64,000 nt of DNA, taken from Lepidodermella squamata (taxonomy: Eukaryota; Animalia; Gastrotricha). Below, in pieces: positions 63,653-64,000 of this stretch; position 1 is the stretch's first letter, and each line of letters opens with the position of its first letter. The DNA is taken from contig JBLDXI010000004.1 of NCBI GenBank assembly GCA_047495785.1, forward strand, positions 620,001-684,000. The letters run 5' to 3'. The notes under the pieces were generated by a model. It saw nothing but the letters and a program-made list of their open reading frames with translations. It made no database searches and was not told the origin of the DNA. The position numbers and the translations under genes were made by a program.

Positions 63653-64000
63653 CTGCAAGACAAAAAGATCATTTAAGAATGAATCTTGAACGTCGATAGC
63701 GTCTGCCAATCGACTGGTCCAACATGAGAGCCACTGGTACCCTCGCCCTGATCACCCGTAGGATTGGTAGCAGGGCTCGGTGGTATGTGAGCTTGTTGGT
63801 GGTGCGATGCACATTGTTAGGTCGCTTGGGTAACTTATAGGGCCAGTTTAGACCCTGCCTGTCCCGAGCTGTACTCTGGAGAGCAGTCACGAAGGAATGC
63901 CAAGAGTAGCCCCGTGCATGCAGCCTGATGGCGAGCTGCATGCATGCATGCATGAATGCCTGATGTGTCTGGCAGATGCGGAGAAAGCGCAGAATCTGTC

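Overview
Eukaryotic, probably invertebrate, genomic DNA: 49-58 nt GT-AG introns, dense nested transposons, no prokaryotic operons. Bases 1-12572 are a minus-strand env-bearing Ty3/Gypsy LTR element (LTR, tRNA-Leu PBS, gag, -1 frameshift, pol, env). Its pol is split by a 5.3 kb TIR element that holds a 3.8 kb palindrome. A 659-bp tandem array and diverged repeats follow at about 13.9-22.2 kb. From 22.8 to 57.2 kb, among an RTE-type LINE, SINEs, MITEs and hAT/EnSpm/mariner relics, lies a dispersed cluster of at least six genes or pseudogenes for ~100-aa secreted, probably helical proteins. They share a C-x3-C-x8-C-x15-C pattern and a phase-0 intron. I cannot assign them to a known family and consider them the best candidate for an undescribed system. 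Other oddities: a mariner-type element carrying an intact spliced Myb/SANT-like gene, a LINE whose ORF1 and ORF2 are one frame split by a single TGA, an env 3' end flanked by 16-bp inverted repeats that reads open in both orientations, and a multi-exon Cys-rich gene next to a MULE/CR1 nest. All calls are by eye; no database searches were run.
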